Assembly: GCF_900545535.1 (NCBI RefSeq) | Contig: NZ_UQZN01000010.1 | DNA from: an uncultured Phascolarctobacterium sp. | Lineage (GTDB): Bacteria > Bacillota > Negativicutes > Acidaminococcales > Acidaminococcaceae | Length of the DNA: 64,000 nt | Strand: one strand, 5' to 3' | Part shown: positions 1 to 9,022 of the stretch, in pieces | Numbering within the stretch: position 1 is the stretch's first letter | Layout: every line of letters begins with the position of its first letter | The notes under the pieces: model-generated | What the model was told of the DNA's origin: nothing | Database searches by the model: none | What the model saw: only the letters and a program-made list of their open reading frames with translations | Position numbers and translations under genes: made by a program

Positions 1-1929
1 CAAATTATTGTTGCTCGTTCCGCCAACATTAGCAATATCCTTACGATCGAATAAATTATCGACATCAAAGGTAGCCGTCATATTTTTAGCAACCTTATAA
101 CCAAGATGTAAATTAGACACTAAAAGCGGCGAAGATATTTCTGTTACGGTAATTTTTTCACTGCTGACGCCGTTTTTAAAACGATTACCCCAATAGCTCA
201 GGTTTAAGGCCGCACTAAAATCACGATTCACATAATTTACACCGCCGTTTAGCTGATAACGTCCTAAAGTATCGCTCCAGTCCTGACCTTCTTTATACAT
301 ACGCTGCGGCTTGGCAAACACTGCGCCTACATTATAAGTAAAATGCTTATCGACATCCTGTTCATACCGCAGTTCAATACCAGTATTGCGATATTTTGAA
401 GCATTCATCGTCTTAGATCTTGTACTGCCCCAAACAGAAACAATTTGGTCTTTGATATCTGTCCTAAATGCAGTAAGGTTCAACCGCCTTCCGTTTTCGT
501 TATATTTATAACCAACTTCATAATTCCAACCATATTCCGGCTTTAAATCCGGATTAGGTTCTATCATATTACTGCCATAATAAAGATTACGGAATGTAGG
601 CATCCTGAACGATTTGCCAACGCTTGCATAAACAGAATTATGTTCATCAAATTTGGTTATAGCCTGAACCTGCGGCAAAAACTCATTATAGTCACCGGCA
701 TCAGAACGGAATAAATCCTCACGCGCACTAAAAACTATATTTGTTGCCTGACTCAGCTTACGGTCATACGATCCATATAATGAAAAGCTATTAAGCGCAT
801 AAGTACCAAAATGAGCCTGCGGCTTTAATGCACTGCTACTTGAGTTAGAATTACTAAATTTTTGATTATCATTAACATAAGTTTCTCGTTTAGCGCTGAT
901 ACCAATTAACCCTGTTGCCTTCTCACTACGCCAAACTTTTTTCGTATCCAGCCCATACTGCTTCTGGTCACTTTTCTCCCACTCTACATTCATCGGATTC
1001 ACTACAAAATAATCCGGATTTTCGATTCGTCTCTGATTGTAATAAACTTTAGACTCCCAGCCGTTTTCATCATTATATGCTATCTGTGCAAAATGCTCAC
1101 GGTCATCATACATAAAATGTTTTAACAGCATTTCATCAATATCGTTATAATTTATCGAATATTTCTTTTTATTGAACATATAACTGAATTTAAACCGGTC
1201 ATCAAATTTATAGTTAAAGGCCAGATGATCTTTTTTGCTATCGCCAAAACCAATATAATAGCCAGTCTTAGCAGGAGAATTAATTGTTAAATCACCAATT
1301 TTTTCCGTCATATTGCCGGTAGAACCAAACTCATTTCTTCCAAGAGCCAGGCTTGCTTTACCCATACCTATAGTGGCAGCGTAATCACGCTGTCCTTTGT
1401 TTCCGGCAGCTACACGCAGCGAATTTTTCATCTGAGCTTTAGTTATAATGTTAACAACTCCGCCCAATGCCTCGCTGCCGTAGAGCACTGCCCCCCCACC
1501 CTTGACAATCTCTACTCTTTCCACTTCATCCAAGTTAAGCATATCCAAATGATTGACATTATTAAAAGAAGCAGGCACACCGTTGATCAAAACCAAAGTC
1601 CCACCGTCAATACCGCGCAGATTGATCTGGCTGCTGCCGGTTATCCAGTTTTGATCATGCGGCCCCATATTGGTAAAATAAACCCCGCCCTTGTATTTCA
1701 GGGCATTTGCCACATCGCTGGCACCGGTTTCTTTTAACTGTTCACCTGTATAAACAACAGTATCAGCAGGCGTATCCAAATTACTTTTTTCATACCCCAG
1801 GGCAGTCACATTTATTCCATCCAAAACGAATTCCGATAAATTTTCTTCTGCATAAGCCGATCCTGCTAAAAAGCTCGTTCCCAAAATCACTGTACACATC
1901 AAGCGTCCCAATTCAAATTTTTTCACCAA
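1..1929 (-). CDS. TonB-dependent outer-membrane receptor (BtuB/siderophore-receptor family), C-terminus runs off the window start
   Basis: Minus-strand frame is open from an RBS (AAGGAG) plus TTG/GTG start near 1929 to position 1. Translation shows a signal peptide, the plug motif (DTPADTVVYTGEQL...IRG...VLINGVP...ERVEIVKGGGAVLYGSEALGGVVNIITK) and barrel motifs (NLFDRKD). It is missing from the M-start ORF track because it is truncated at the window edge. Confidence 0.85.
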   Translation of the reverse strand, partial: MVKKFELGRLMCTVILGTSFLAGSAYAEENLSEFVLDGINVTALGYEKSNLDTPADTVVYTGEQLKETGASDVANALKYKGGVYFTNMGPHDQNWITGSSQINLRGIDGGTLVLINGVPASFNNVNHLDMLNLDEVERVEIVKGGGAVLYGSEALGGVVNIITKAQMKNSLRVAAGNKGQRDYAATIGMGKASLALGRNEFGSTGNMTEKIGDLTINSPAKTGYYIGFGDSKKDHLAFNYKFDDRFKFSYMFNKKKYSINYNDIDEMLLKHFMYDDREHFAQIAYNDENGWESKVYYNQRRIENPDYFVVNPMNVEWEKSDQKQYGLDTKKVWRSEKATGLIGISAKRETYVNDNQKFSNSNSSSSALKPQAHFGTYALNSFSLYGSYDRKLSQATNIVFSAREDLFRSDAGDYNEFLPQVQAITKFDEHNSVYASVGKSFRMPTFRNLYYGSNMIEPNPDLKPEYGWNYEVGYKYNENGRRLNLTAFRTDIKDQIVSVWGSTRSKTMNASKYRNTGIELRYEQDVDKHFTYNVGAVFAKPQRMYKEGQDWSDTLGRYQLNGGVNYVNRDFSAALNLSYWGNRFKNGVSSEKITVTEISSPLLVSNLHLGYKVAKNMTATFDVDNLFDRKDIANVGGTSNNNL

Positions 1930-2134
1930 AATACAGCTCCTTTATCACTTACTTTGATATCATAAATCAAACCATTTATCGATGTTTATTTATTAATAAG
2001 CTCTTATTTATGATATCTATTCCCATTGAGTTTGAATTTTAACATTCATAATTTTAACAGTCAATGTTTTTGAATTTTTGCCGATAAAATATTCTTTGTG
2101 CCTACAGTCAGTAAATTGGCATAAACACGCCCTT

Positions 2135-2215
2135 CTTAATACTACTTATAAGTATTATTATCCATATCAAAAAATCTTTTTGAAGAAAATACTACTTATA
2201 AATAGAATAATAAAG
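2135..2215. repeat. Two copies of a 13-bp direct repeat (ATACTACTTATAA) about 45 bp apart in the AT-rich leader of the TBDR gene; possible operator or promoter element
   Basis: Read directly: aatactacttataagtatt ... aaatactacttataaatag, 200 to 280 nt upstream of the receptor start. Confidence 0.25.
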
Positions 2216-2255
2216 CCGTTGATGCATCAAATGTATCAACGGCTTTATTATTTGT
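2210..2255. terminator. Rho-independent terminator (bidirectional hairpin) after the 2264..2635 gene
   Basis: AAAGCCGTTGAT gcatcaaatgt ATCAACGGCTTT, followed by a T/A-rich run on either strand. Confidence 0.6.
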
Positions 2256-2263
2256 CTGTCCTT

Positions 2264-2635
2264 TTATTTCTGCTTATTCGCCTCAAAAAAAGCGTTATAA
2301 TCCTCAACTACTTTATTAGCGCTTGCGATCGCCTTGTTCCGCTGGTCAATGATCTTGTTCAAATCATTGGTAGTACCGTCAATATACTTCTGCACCGCTT
2401 TCAAATAATTATCAACAGCGGCAATATATTCAGTTACGGCCTTAGCGTCTTTTAACGACTCCGGCTTTACAGGCACTACCGGAACAGCCTCTTCAAGCAC
2501 AGGATATACCGCCGTTAAATTGGTAGCATTCGGGTCGACTGGCGTTTCAGCCTGTTTTTCTTCTGCAAAACCAACCGCTGCCAGACTAAAAGTCAATACC
2601 ACAGCCAAAAATAAAGTTGTAATTTGTTTTCTCAT
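2264..2635 (-). CDS. Small secreted or periplasmic protein of unknown function with a signal peptide
   Basis: 123-aa ORF. N-terminal MRKQITTLFLAVVLTFSLAAVGFA signal peptide. Lys/Ala/Glu-rich helical remainder. A terminator follows. Confidence 0.55.
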   Translation of the reverse strand: MRKQITTLFLAVVLTFSLAAVGFAEEKQAETPVDPNATNLTAVYPVLEEAVPVVPVKPESLKDAKAVTEYIAAVDNYLKAVQKYIDGTTNDLNKIIDQRNKAIASANKVVEDYNAFFEANKQK

Positions 2636-2665
2636 AATGCACCATCCTTAATCTATTGATGACCT

Positions 2666-2884
2666 TCAAACGTCATCAATATTTTTTTCTTTTGCTTTCA
2701 ACTTGTCAAGCTCTGCTTCCGCCTGCCTGAAACACCTATAACTGCAATAATACCTGCGCAGCTTGTTGATCGTCCTTTTATAAGTATGCAAACTTTTATT
2801 ACCAAAAAATTCTTTGCCACAGCAGGCACAATTCATCGTTCTGCTGTTTAAAGTACTATCAAGATTATCATATCGTGTCATCAT
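2666..2884 (-). CDS. Small Cys-rich (zinc-ribbon-like) protein
   Basis: Internal start MMTRYDN avoids overlap with tonB. CxxC...C..C pattern (NCACCGKEF...YYCSYRCF) and a basic C-terminus. Confidence 0.35.
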   Translation of the reverse strand: MMTRYDNLDSTLNSRTMNCACCGKEFFGNKSLHTYKRTINKLRRYYCSYRCFRQAEAELDKLKAKEKNIDDV

Positions 2885-2931
2885 CGCAGTCTCAATTCCA
2901 AATTTTTTCAAATTTACCACTCCAACAAATA

Positions 2932-3717
2932 CTAATGCAGTACAAAATTGACCGGCATCGTAATATAACAACGTACAGGACTGCCATATGTATCCTTAGC
3001 CGGGCTGAAGCTCCAATTATAGACAGCCTCAACTGCCGCGCCGTCAAGAGCCTCATTGCCGCTGCTGCGGGCCACAAAAGCATTTTCCACGCTGCCGCCG
3101 CTGCTCACCAGCATCTTTACATACACCGTACCCTCGATCTCACGATTTCTGGCCGCAGCCGGATAACGTGGATCTGTACTGGAAACCAAATAAGGAGGCG
3201 TTACCGGAACGCCGCTGCCGCTGCCCTGACCGGCTCCCTGACCACTGCCGCTCCCGGAACCGCTGCCACTACCCGAGCCGCTGCCTTCACCGCTGCCCTG
3301 ACCTGTTCCTGCCCCGGTCCCTTCACCGCCGCCAGTGCCGCTGCCGTCAGCTTCACCGCTCTTAACATTGCTTTGCGCAGCTTCACTCGCTGTATTGTTT
3401 TGCTGCGTCTGACGCTGCTGCTCCTGCTGCGGCGGCTTTTGTTTCTGATCTACGATATCATCAGCTTTAGGGCGAGCCAGCTGCGTCTTTTCCACCTGCT
3501 GCTGCGCGGCGCCTGGCTGTTGATTTTCGGCCCCTTTTACAGCGGCAGCGCTGCCTTTACCACCGCCGCCACCGCCGCCACCCAAAGTAACCTCTAAAAT
3601 CTGCGGCGGCCTTTGTGTAAAACGGTATCCCAAAACACCCAGCAGAGCAGCGGCAATAATATGCACTGCAAGCGCAATGGCAACACCCTTGCCAAAGCGT
3701 CTGCCTCTATCCGTCAT
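2932..3717 (-). CDS. tonB: TonB energy transducer with an unusual Gly/Ser-rich and Gln-rich linker
   Basis: N-terminal TM helix (VAIALAVHIIAAALLGVL). Gly/Ser-rich (G-S dipeptide) low-complexity linker. C-terminal TonB domain (PPYLVSSTDPRYPAAARNREIEGTVYVKMLV...SSGNEALDGAAVEAVYNWSFSPAKD). Translationally coupled to exbD (3714/3717 overlap). Confidence 0.85.
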   Translation of the reverse strand: MTDRGRRFGKGVAIALAVHIIAAALLGVLGYRFTQRPPQILEVTLGGGGGGGGKGSAAAVKGAENQQPGAAQQQVEKTQLARPKADDIVDQKQKPPQQEQQRQTQQNNTASEAAQSNVKSGEADGSGTGGGEGTGAGTGQGSGEGSGSGSGSGSGSGSGQGAGQGSGSGVPVTPPYLVSSTDPRYPAAARNREIEGTVYVKMLVSSGGSVENAFVARSSGNEALDGAAVEAVYNWSFSPAKDTYGSPVRCYITMPVNFVLH

Positions 3718-4127
3718 TTGCCATCACCCAGATCCGTTGCCAAGCCAAAGCGTGTTACCCCCGCGCCCTTCAATTCATCCATCAGCTTGATAACCGTTTT
3801 ATAATTAGCCTCGCCGTCAGCTCGGATAATCACCGAAAAAGCAGCATCACGTTTACTCTCAGCCGCGGCATTGGCCACCAGCTGTTTCATTTCGATCTTA
3901 TTATCCTCCAAATACAATGCGCCATCTTTTTTAACCGTCACAGCAAAATTACTTTTGCTTACAGTCTCCGAATTCTGCGCCACCGGCAGCCTGATCGGAA
4001 TAGTCTTGATCTCGCTCATATACATAGTACTGACGATAAAAAATACCAGCAGCAGAAAAATCATATCAATCATCGGACTCAGCATCAGCTGCGGCGGCAA
4101 GCTTTGTTTTCTAGGTCGTCTGCGCAT
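3714..4127 (-). CDS. exbD: ExbD/TolR biopolymer transport protein
   Basis: 137 aa with a single TM helix (MIFLLLVFFIVSTMYM). ExbD-family length and architecture. Sits between exbB and tonB. Confidence 0.85.
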   Translation of the reverse strand: MRRRPRKQSLPPQLMLSPMIDMIFLLLVFFIVSTMYMSEIKTIPIRLPVAQNSETVSKSNFAVTVKKDGALYLEDNKIEMKQLVANAAAESKRDAAFSVIIRADGEANYKTVIKLMDELKGAGVTRFGLATDLGDGK

Positions 4128-4142
4128 TTTCTACACCGCCCC

Positions 4143-4781
4143 TCAGTTTTTACTGCCGCCGTTTTTGGCCTGAACGATATCGATCAACACATTGGCAACC
4201 TCGTAAATATTCAGCGAAGCAGTTTTCACCTTACTCGACAAATACGCATAAATGCACATGCCCATGATCGCGATACACAAACCGAAAACCGTAGTGATTA
4301 AAGCCTCGCCGATACCGGCAGTTACCGCCATCGGATTCTGCGCCCGTTCATTCAAAGCGTTGAACGAACTGATCATACCCGTAATAGTACCCAAAAGACC
4401 AAGCATCGGCGCCAGACCGATAACCACACTCAGATAATCAAGATTCTGCTCCATCCCATCAATGGCCCTGTCAGCCTTAGAATAAACGATCGACTCAAGC
4501 CTTTTGCCAAGATCCTCGTTGATATCCAGCGTCTCCACTGCCAGCTCAGCCGCATCACCCTTATTCACCCCGGCAAATTCGCGTGCCCCGACGATATTGA
4601 AATCATTCATCAAATGGCAGAACTCCATAACAAAAGCCGTGCTTGAAAGCGCCTTTTTATAATACAAATACCGCTCCACACCAATAGCAATAGCGGCAAT
4701 CGAACACAGCAGCAACGGCCACATACAAGCCCCGCCCCTTTGAAAATAATCTACAGCACCGGCAAAAATACCCATTTTCAA
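4143..4781 (-). CDS. exbB: ExbB/TolQ/MotA-family proton channel
   Basis: 212 aa, three TM segments, ExbB-like C-terminal half (GLAPMLGLLGTITGMISSF...MAVTAGIGEALITTVFGL). Confidence 0.85.
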   Translation of the reverse strand: MKMGIFAGAVDYFQRGGACMWPLLLCSIAAIAIGVERYLYYKKALSSTAFVMEFCHLMNDFNIVGAREFAGVNKGDAAELAVETLDINEDLGKRLESIVYSKADRAIDGMEQNLDYLSVVIGLAPMLGLLGTITGMISSFNALNERAQNPMAVTAGIGEALITTVFGLCIAIMGMCIYAYLSSKVKTASLNIYEVANVLIDIVQAKNGGSKN

Positions 4782-4792
4782 AAACCTCCCAA

Positions 4793-5770
4793 TTATTTAA
4801 ATCTTTCCGGATAGGCCGCTTCCGCCAGATCCCTGATCGCATAAACTATATAATGAGTCGTACTATATAAATACGTATCACGCAGCTGCACAACTCTTTT
4901 ATTTTTAACAGCATTCACACTTTGATAAGCCCGGTTCTGCAAAATCTCCTCCCGCATTTTCGACGGATCCTGCTCGTTATCATACTTCCAGCTGGGAATA
5001 ACAAGTAAATCAGGATTGAGCCTGATCAGCGTCTCCTCTGAAAAAGTAGCATTAGGCGGCAAATCATACTCAGCCACCACATTCCTGACATTAGCATAAT
5101 TGCAAATATCAGCAAAAGTAGTCCCCCTGGCCCCAAACGGCCCCATATAAGAAAGCGCCATCACGCTGATGCATTCTTCTGCCGGCATATTGCCGACCCT
5201 GGCTTGTACAAACGCCAGCTCCTTCTCCATCTTTGCCACGATCTTCCCACCGGCAACACGCTCATCCACAACATTTGCCAGCTCGCAAATAGTCTGCTTG
5301 ATCTCCTTCACCGTAGTCGGAGTTTTATAAACATAAACAGGCACTTTCGCACCGCGCAAAAGCTCCACAAAATTAAGATCAGTCCAGTCCGGGACCAACA
5401 CCAGATCAGGCTGCTGCGCCAAAACAGACTCCAAACTGCCGCTTTGCACCCGCCCTTTGACCCGCTCCGCTTTAGCCGCAGCAGGCGAGATACCAGCGTC
5501 ATCTGCCAAATAAGTCAACGCCGCGATCCGCTCAGGCTCCACCATATCCAACAGTACCTCATCAGCACTCAACCCCAGCGATACTATACGCTGCGGCTTA
5601 TATGTAAAATCGATCCGTGTTTTAGTCGCATCTGCAACGCTGTAACCGCCGCGTCCTGAAGCCGGAGTCTTGCTTTCAGTGGGCTTACCACACCCTGCAG
5701 CAAACACAGCCGCAACAACGCAAAAAGCAACCAGTACCGCCCTTAATCCCAGCCTGTATTTTTTTATCAC
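4793..5770 (-). CDS. Periplasmic substrate-binding lipoprotein, class III (BtuF/FecB/HmuT-like); no cognate permease or ATPase nearby
   Basis: Lipobox FAAGC after the signal peptide. Two-lobed PBP fold signature (KPQRIVSLGLSADEVLLDM...PDLVLVPDWTD). Lies in a cobalamin-riboswitch-controlled operon. Confidence 0.8.
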   Translation of the reverse strand: MIKKYRLGLRAVLVAFCVVAAVFAAGCGKPTESKTPASGRGGYSVADATKTRIDFTYKPQRIVSLGLSADEVLLDMVEPERIAALTYLADDAGISPAAAKAERVKGRVQSGSLESVLAQQPDLVLVPDWTDLNFVELLRGAKVPVYVYKTPTTVKEIKQTICELANVVDERVAGGKIVAKMEKELAFVQARVGNMPAEECISVMALSYMGPFGARGTTFADICNYANVRNVVAEYDLPPNATFSEETLIRLNPDLLVIPSWKYDNEQDPSKMREEILQNRAYQSVNAVKNKRVVQLRDTYLYSTTHYIVYAIRDLAEAAYPERFK

Positions 5771-5773
5771 AAA

Positions 5774-6766
5774 TTAGCCTCCTTCATCACCGCCCGGTAC
5801 CACTTTACCGCAAGCGGCAAGCTGCAGCGCGATGCTCTGTTCAAAATCATTAAAGTCATTATAAGCAAGCTCATGCACCACATAATCAGGACTGATCGCC
5901 CGCAGCAGCTTCTGCACTGCCGTATCAGAAAACGGCCTGTGCTGATCTATTTTTATTACATGCTTCATCCGCTCGATATTACTGCACTTATCATCATACA
6001 CACGCTTAAAAGTTTTTACATATTCACCGGAAAGCGAACAATTTAAATGTAAACCCCTGATCAGCTTTCTATCCTGACCCAAAGCCTTAACGATCTTTAA
6101 AATATACTCGATCCCGTCCCGTTCCAACTGCAGACTCGGATCAGTATTCATCAAATGCCCCGTGTCCAGCATAATACCAACATTCTTATGTGTGATCTTT
6201 TCAAAAAAAGCCCGCACCACAGCCGGATCAGTAAGCCGCAGCCCCGGCCACCACAAATTTTCAAATAATACCAGCACATCCTCAGGGATCTCATCAGCCA
6301 CCCTGTTAAAAACGGCAGCGGCAGCGGTCACGATCTCCAGATCACTGTGCTTAAACTCAAAAGTAAAAACCTCTTCCAGCGTACACTCAGCTATATGCCA
6401 CACCAGATACTCCGGTTTTTCGACCAGAGCCGACTTGATATTGGCCCTGATACTACGCAGCCAGCCCATACAATAAGTAGTGCCGTAATACTCCTGCAAA
6501 GCCTCTTTCGACGGAAAAAACCTCTGCAGCGTTTTTTTATCATTGCGATACATCGCCAGCCACATCGGCCAGTAATTCAAATGCACCCCCACAGCCAGAT
6601 GCTCAAAAGACTCAAAATAAGGCACGTTCCTGTAAACCATCAGCTCGATCCCATCAAGGCCCAGCCCCGCAACAAACTGCTCCAAAGTTTTACCGGTTTT
6701 TAAAACAGCCTTCTCCTGCCCCGGCACCACACAATAATTAAACAGGTGCTTCACCTTGCGCCTCAT
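5774..6766 (-). CDS. Xylose-isomerase-like TIM-barrel protein (sugar phosphate isomerase/epimerase family)
   Basis: 330 aa. Motifs such as IMLDTGHLMN and GLHLN are typical of the AP-endonuclease-2/xylose-isomerase TIM-barrel fold. Coupled to the downstream binding protein by a 3-nt gap. Confidence 0.45.
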   Translation of the reverse strand: MRRKVKHLFNYCVVPGQEKAVLKTGKTLEQFVAGLGLDGIELMVYRNVPYFESFEHLAVGVHLNYWPMWLAMYRNDKKTLQRFFPSKEALQEYYGTTYCMGWLRSIRANIKSALVEKPEYLVWHIAECTLEEVFTFEFKHSDLEIVTAAAAVFNRVADEIPEDVLVLFENLWWPGLRLTDPAVVRAFFEKITHKNVGIMLDTGHLMNTDPSLQLERDGIEYILKIVKALGQDRKLIRGLHLNCSLSGEYVKTFKRVYDDKCSNIERMKHVIKIDQHRPFSDTAVQKLLRAISPDYVVHELAYNDFNDFEQSIALQLAACGKVVPGGDEGG

Positions 6767-6960
6767 ACAGTCACCGCCTCAGGTTCCTCGCTGTTATCAT
6801 TACTGCGCATTTTTTTACTGCGGGCCGCCGCTCCCCTCTGAGAACATTTAAACCTTAACCTGTTCACCTCGCGTAATAAAGCAATGTAGCTTGCTTTATC
6901 AACAGTGATCATTGTATCGTCATTTTTTTCAATCTCTTTAATGATCTTCTTTAATTTCAT
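6763..6960 (-). CDS. Small hypothetical protein, first gene after the riboswitch
   Basis: ORF overlaps the TIM-barrel gene start by 4 nt (ATGA coupling). Start uncertain (MKLKKIIKEIEK... or the upstream GTG). Confidence 0.3.
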   Translation of the reverse strand: MKLKKIIKEIEKNDDTMITVDKASYIALLREVNRLRFKCSQRGAAARSKKMRSNDNSEEPEAVTV

Positions 6961-7019
6961 ACCCGTATCAGGCTGCGCAGCAAAACAGCCCACCCTCCTT
7001 CAAATGACTTGCGCCGTGT

Positions 7020-7063
7020 ATCCCAAAAACAAAACAGGAAACTGCCAATGCGTCAGTTTCCTG
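7020..7063 (-). terminator. Riboswitch expression-platform terminator hairpin
   Basis: Minus-strand RNA CAGGAAACUG acgcauugg CAGUUUCCUG followed by UUUUGUUUUUGGG. Confidence 0.55.
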
Positions 7064-7210
7064 TCAAAATACATCATCACCACGCACCAGGATACACAGC
7101 CGCCAAGCTGCAAAACACAGCAAAACGCGACAATACCGTTTTTTTAAAACCAATAAAAACAGTACATATGTATCCACCTTGTGCATCGCAAGTCATCACG
7201 GATGTTAAAA

Positions 7211-7345
7211 CAGGCAGTTCTCCTGGCTTCGGATCATTGCTCGGCCACGCCTTCTCAGGTTTCCCCAATGGACAAATGCGGCTTCGCTCCCCGTTACAGT
7301 TGCGGGACAGCGCAGGTCTTACACCTGCTTCTCTATTAAGTCCTC
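7211..7345 (-). promoter_or_regulatory. Cobalamin (adenosylcobalamin) riboswitch
   Basis: Minus-strand RNA AAUAGAGAAGCAGGUGUAAGACCUGCGCUGUCCCGCAACUGUAACGGGGAGCG...GUCCAUUGGGGAAACCUG...GAAGCCAGGAGAACUGCCUG matches the conserved cobalamin-riboswitch core (GGUG.AA.UCC...GC.G.CCCGC.ACUGUAA, B12-box-like GYCAYUG, 3' CCAGGAGA.CUGCC). Confidence 0.8.
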
Positions 7346-7506
7346 CAAGCAATCGCTTTTGGACACCTGCTTTCTTACCATATTAAATTTTAAAATTTGA
7401 TAAAGTCAGCTTATTCATAATAAATTTTAAATAAACTATACAGTCATTATAAACTTCATGCTTTTTGTAGTCAAGCAAAAATTCTAAAATTCACTTTATT
7501 TCTTCA

Positions 7507-8427
7507 TCACGAAAAAATATTTTTAATTCTCTGCATCACAGACACAGTACCGCTTTTTGGGGCAGCTTCACTTTCCACCATCACGATCTCCTGCGCCGAC
7601 AAACCCTTTTTTACATATAAAACCGGCGTATTCTCCTCTGCAATCCCTTTTAAAAGCAACGCCGCCTTCGCCTGGTCAAAAGCCTGCTGCAAATTCTGGC
7701 CAAAACCGACGCTGGAATAAAACTGCGCCGCAAAAACTATGGCCGCCTCATCACCGATCTCAGTATTCATCCCAATAGCAGCCTCAACCTTCTCCACAAC
7801 AGCCTGCGCCTCCTTCTGCGAAAAACAGGCGTTAAAAAAAATCAGCCTCACCTTTTTAGATGCAGAAGCCACAGCGGCAGCCATCGCCTCTTTAGAAACC
7901 ATAGCCATATTACCGCTGCCGTCATCCAAAACGATCTCACCCTTTTCAGAACCATGTCCCGAAAAATGAATGATCTCCGGATCAGTTTCGTTGATCGCCT
8001 GCAAAATATCCAGCGACTGCACAGCCCATCGGCTGAAAAACTCGATCCCGTCGCGCCCCTCCGACCTGCGGATAGCATCAGTTATCGACCTGACTTCCTT
8101 ATCTAAAGCCAGCTTCTGCGTATCCTGCGGATTAGCCGCCAAAAACAAGATCGTCAGCTTATCAACAGGCTGCTGCGGCCTAATCGCCTGCTCGATCTCT
8201 TCCCCCACCTGCAAAGCGCGCTCACGCAGCAGCTGTGATTTTTGACCGCACAAAACGATAAAATCGTTTTCTTCCCCTAAAAGCTCTTTTTCCGTCCTGG
8301 CGATAGCCTGCTCGATCTCGCTCATCTTTTTGCAGGCCTCTGCCCGATCACTGCGCAGCTTCATCAGCTTCGCCTTTTTATTCATGATCGAAGCCTGAGC
8401 CTTCTCAAACTCTTTATCATTCATCAT
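7507..8427 (-). CDS. Coiled-coil plus CHAT (caspase-like) protease domain protein with an intact His/Cys dyad
   Basis: N-terminal ~90 aa is Lys/Glu-rich coiled coil. The C-terminal domain has IIHFSGHGSEKGEIVL (catalytic His) and RLIFFNACFS (catalytic Cys), the hallmark dyad spacing of CHAT/caspase-like peptidases. Start abuts the amidase stop (8427/8431). Confidence 0.55.
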   Translation of the reverse strand: MMNDKEFEKAQASIMNKKAKLMKLRSDRAEACKKMSEIEQAIARTEKELLGEENDFIVLCGQKSQLLRERALQVGEEIEQAIRPQQPVDKLTILFLAANPQDTQKLALDKEVRSITDAIRRSEGRDGIEFFSRWAVQSLDILQAINETDPEIIHFSGHGSEKGEIVLDDGSGNMAMVSKEAMAAAVASASKKVRLIFFNACFSQKEAQAVVEKVEAAIGMNTEIGDEAAIVFAAQFYSSVGFGQNLQQAFDQAKAALLLKGIAEENTPVLYVKKGLSAQEIVMVESEAAPKSGTVSVMQRIKNIFS

Positions 8428-8430
8428 TCA

Positions 8431-8958
8431 TCATGCCTCTACCTGCCTGAAATACTCGCCGATACCGGCCGCAATAGCGCCAGCAAATGCCGGCAGATCA
8501 TTTTCCAAAAGCTCCAGATCATCGTTATTATCAATAAAAGCCAGCTCCACCAAAATAGCCGGCATCACAGTCCGCCGCAGCACATACAGCCCCTGCCGCT
8601 CCTTACAGCCACGGTCTATCGTCGGCACCTTGCCCAAAATCTTCTTCTGCACAGCCTCACCCAAAAGCCGGCCCTGCCCGCTGTAATATAAAGTTTCCGT
8701 ACCACGGGCATTACGGCCCGGCGACGCATTGCAATGCAGCGAAACAAAAATATCAGCCGGCCAGTCATTGGCAGCAGCCACCACAGCAGCCAGATCATCA
8801 TTCTGCAAAAGCCTTACCTCATACCCGGCCCTTTTTAAAGCACGTTCCAACAAAGCACCAGCCTGTTTGGTAACATCCGCCTCACGCACATCATAATCAC
8901 TGTTCACCGCACCGCTGTCAACCGCCGGGTCGTGTCCCGGATTAACAAAAACCTTCAT
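8431..8958 (-). CDS. N-acetylmuramoyl-L-alanine amidase (Amidase_3 family), no signal peptide
   Basis: Amidase_3 motifs VNPGHD, DIFVSLHCNA and GTETLY with the E residue (LVELAFIDN). 175 aa and leaderless, like an endolysin-type amidase. Confidence 0.8.
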   Translation of the reverse strand: MKVFVNPGHDPAVDSGAVNSDYDVREADVTKQAGALLERALKRAGYEVRLLQNDDLAAVVAAANDWPADIFVSLHCNASPGRNARGTETLYYSGQGRLLGEAVQKKILGKVPTIDRGCKERQGLYVLRRTVMPAILVELAFIDNNDDLELLENDLPAFAGAIAAGIGEYFRQVEA

Positions 8959-9022
8959 CGCCCGCGCCCCCTTTCACCTGCATCAACTTTTATTACAATG
9001 TCATAATTCAGTATATTATTTA

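Noticed and set aside
2875-3597. 240-aa plus-strand ORF (and several 60-65 aa ORFs on both strands) rich in Ala/Arg/Pro over 2890..3390
   Set aside because: It lies antisense to, or frame-shifted within, the tonB Gly/Ser/Gln repeat-encoding region. Low-complexity GC-rich repeats give long open frames on every strand, and the TonB frame alone has recognisable domains.
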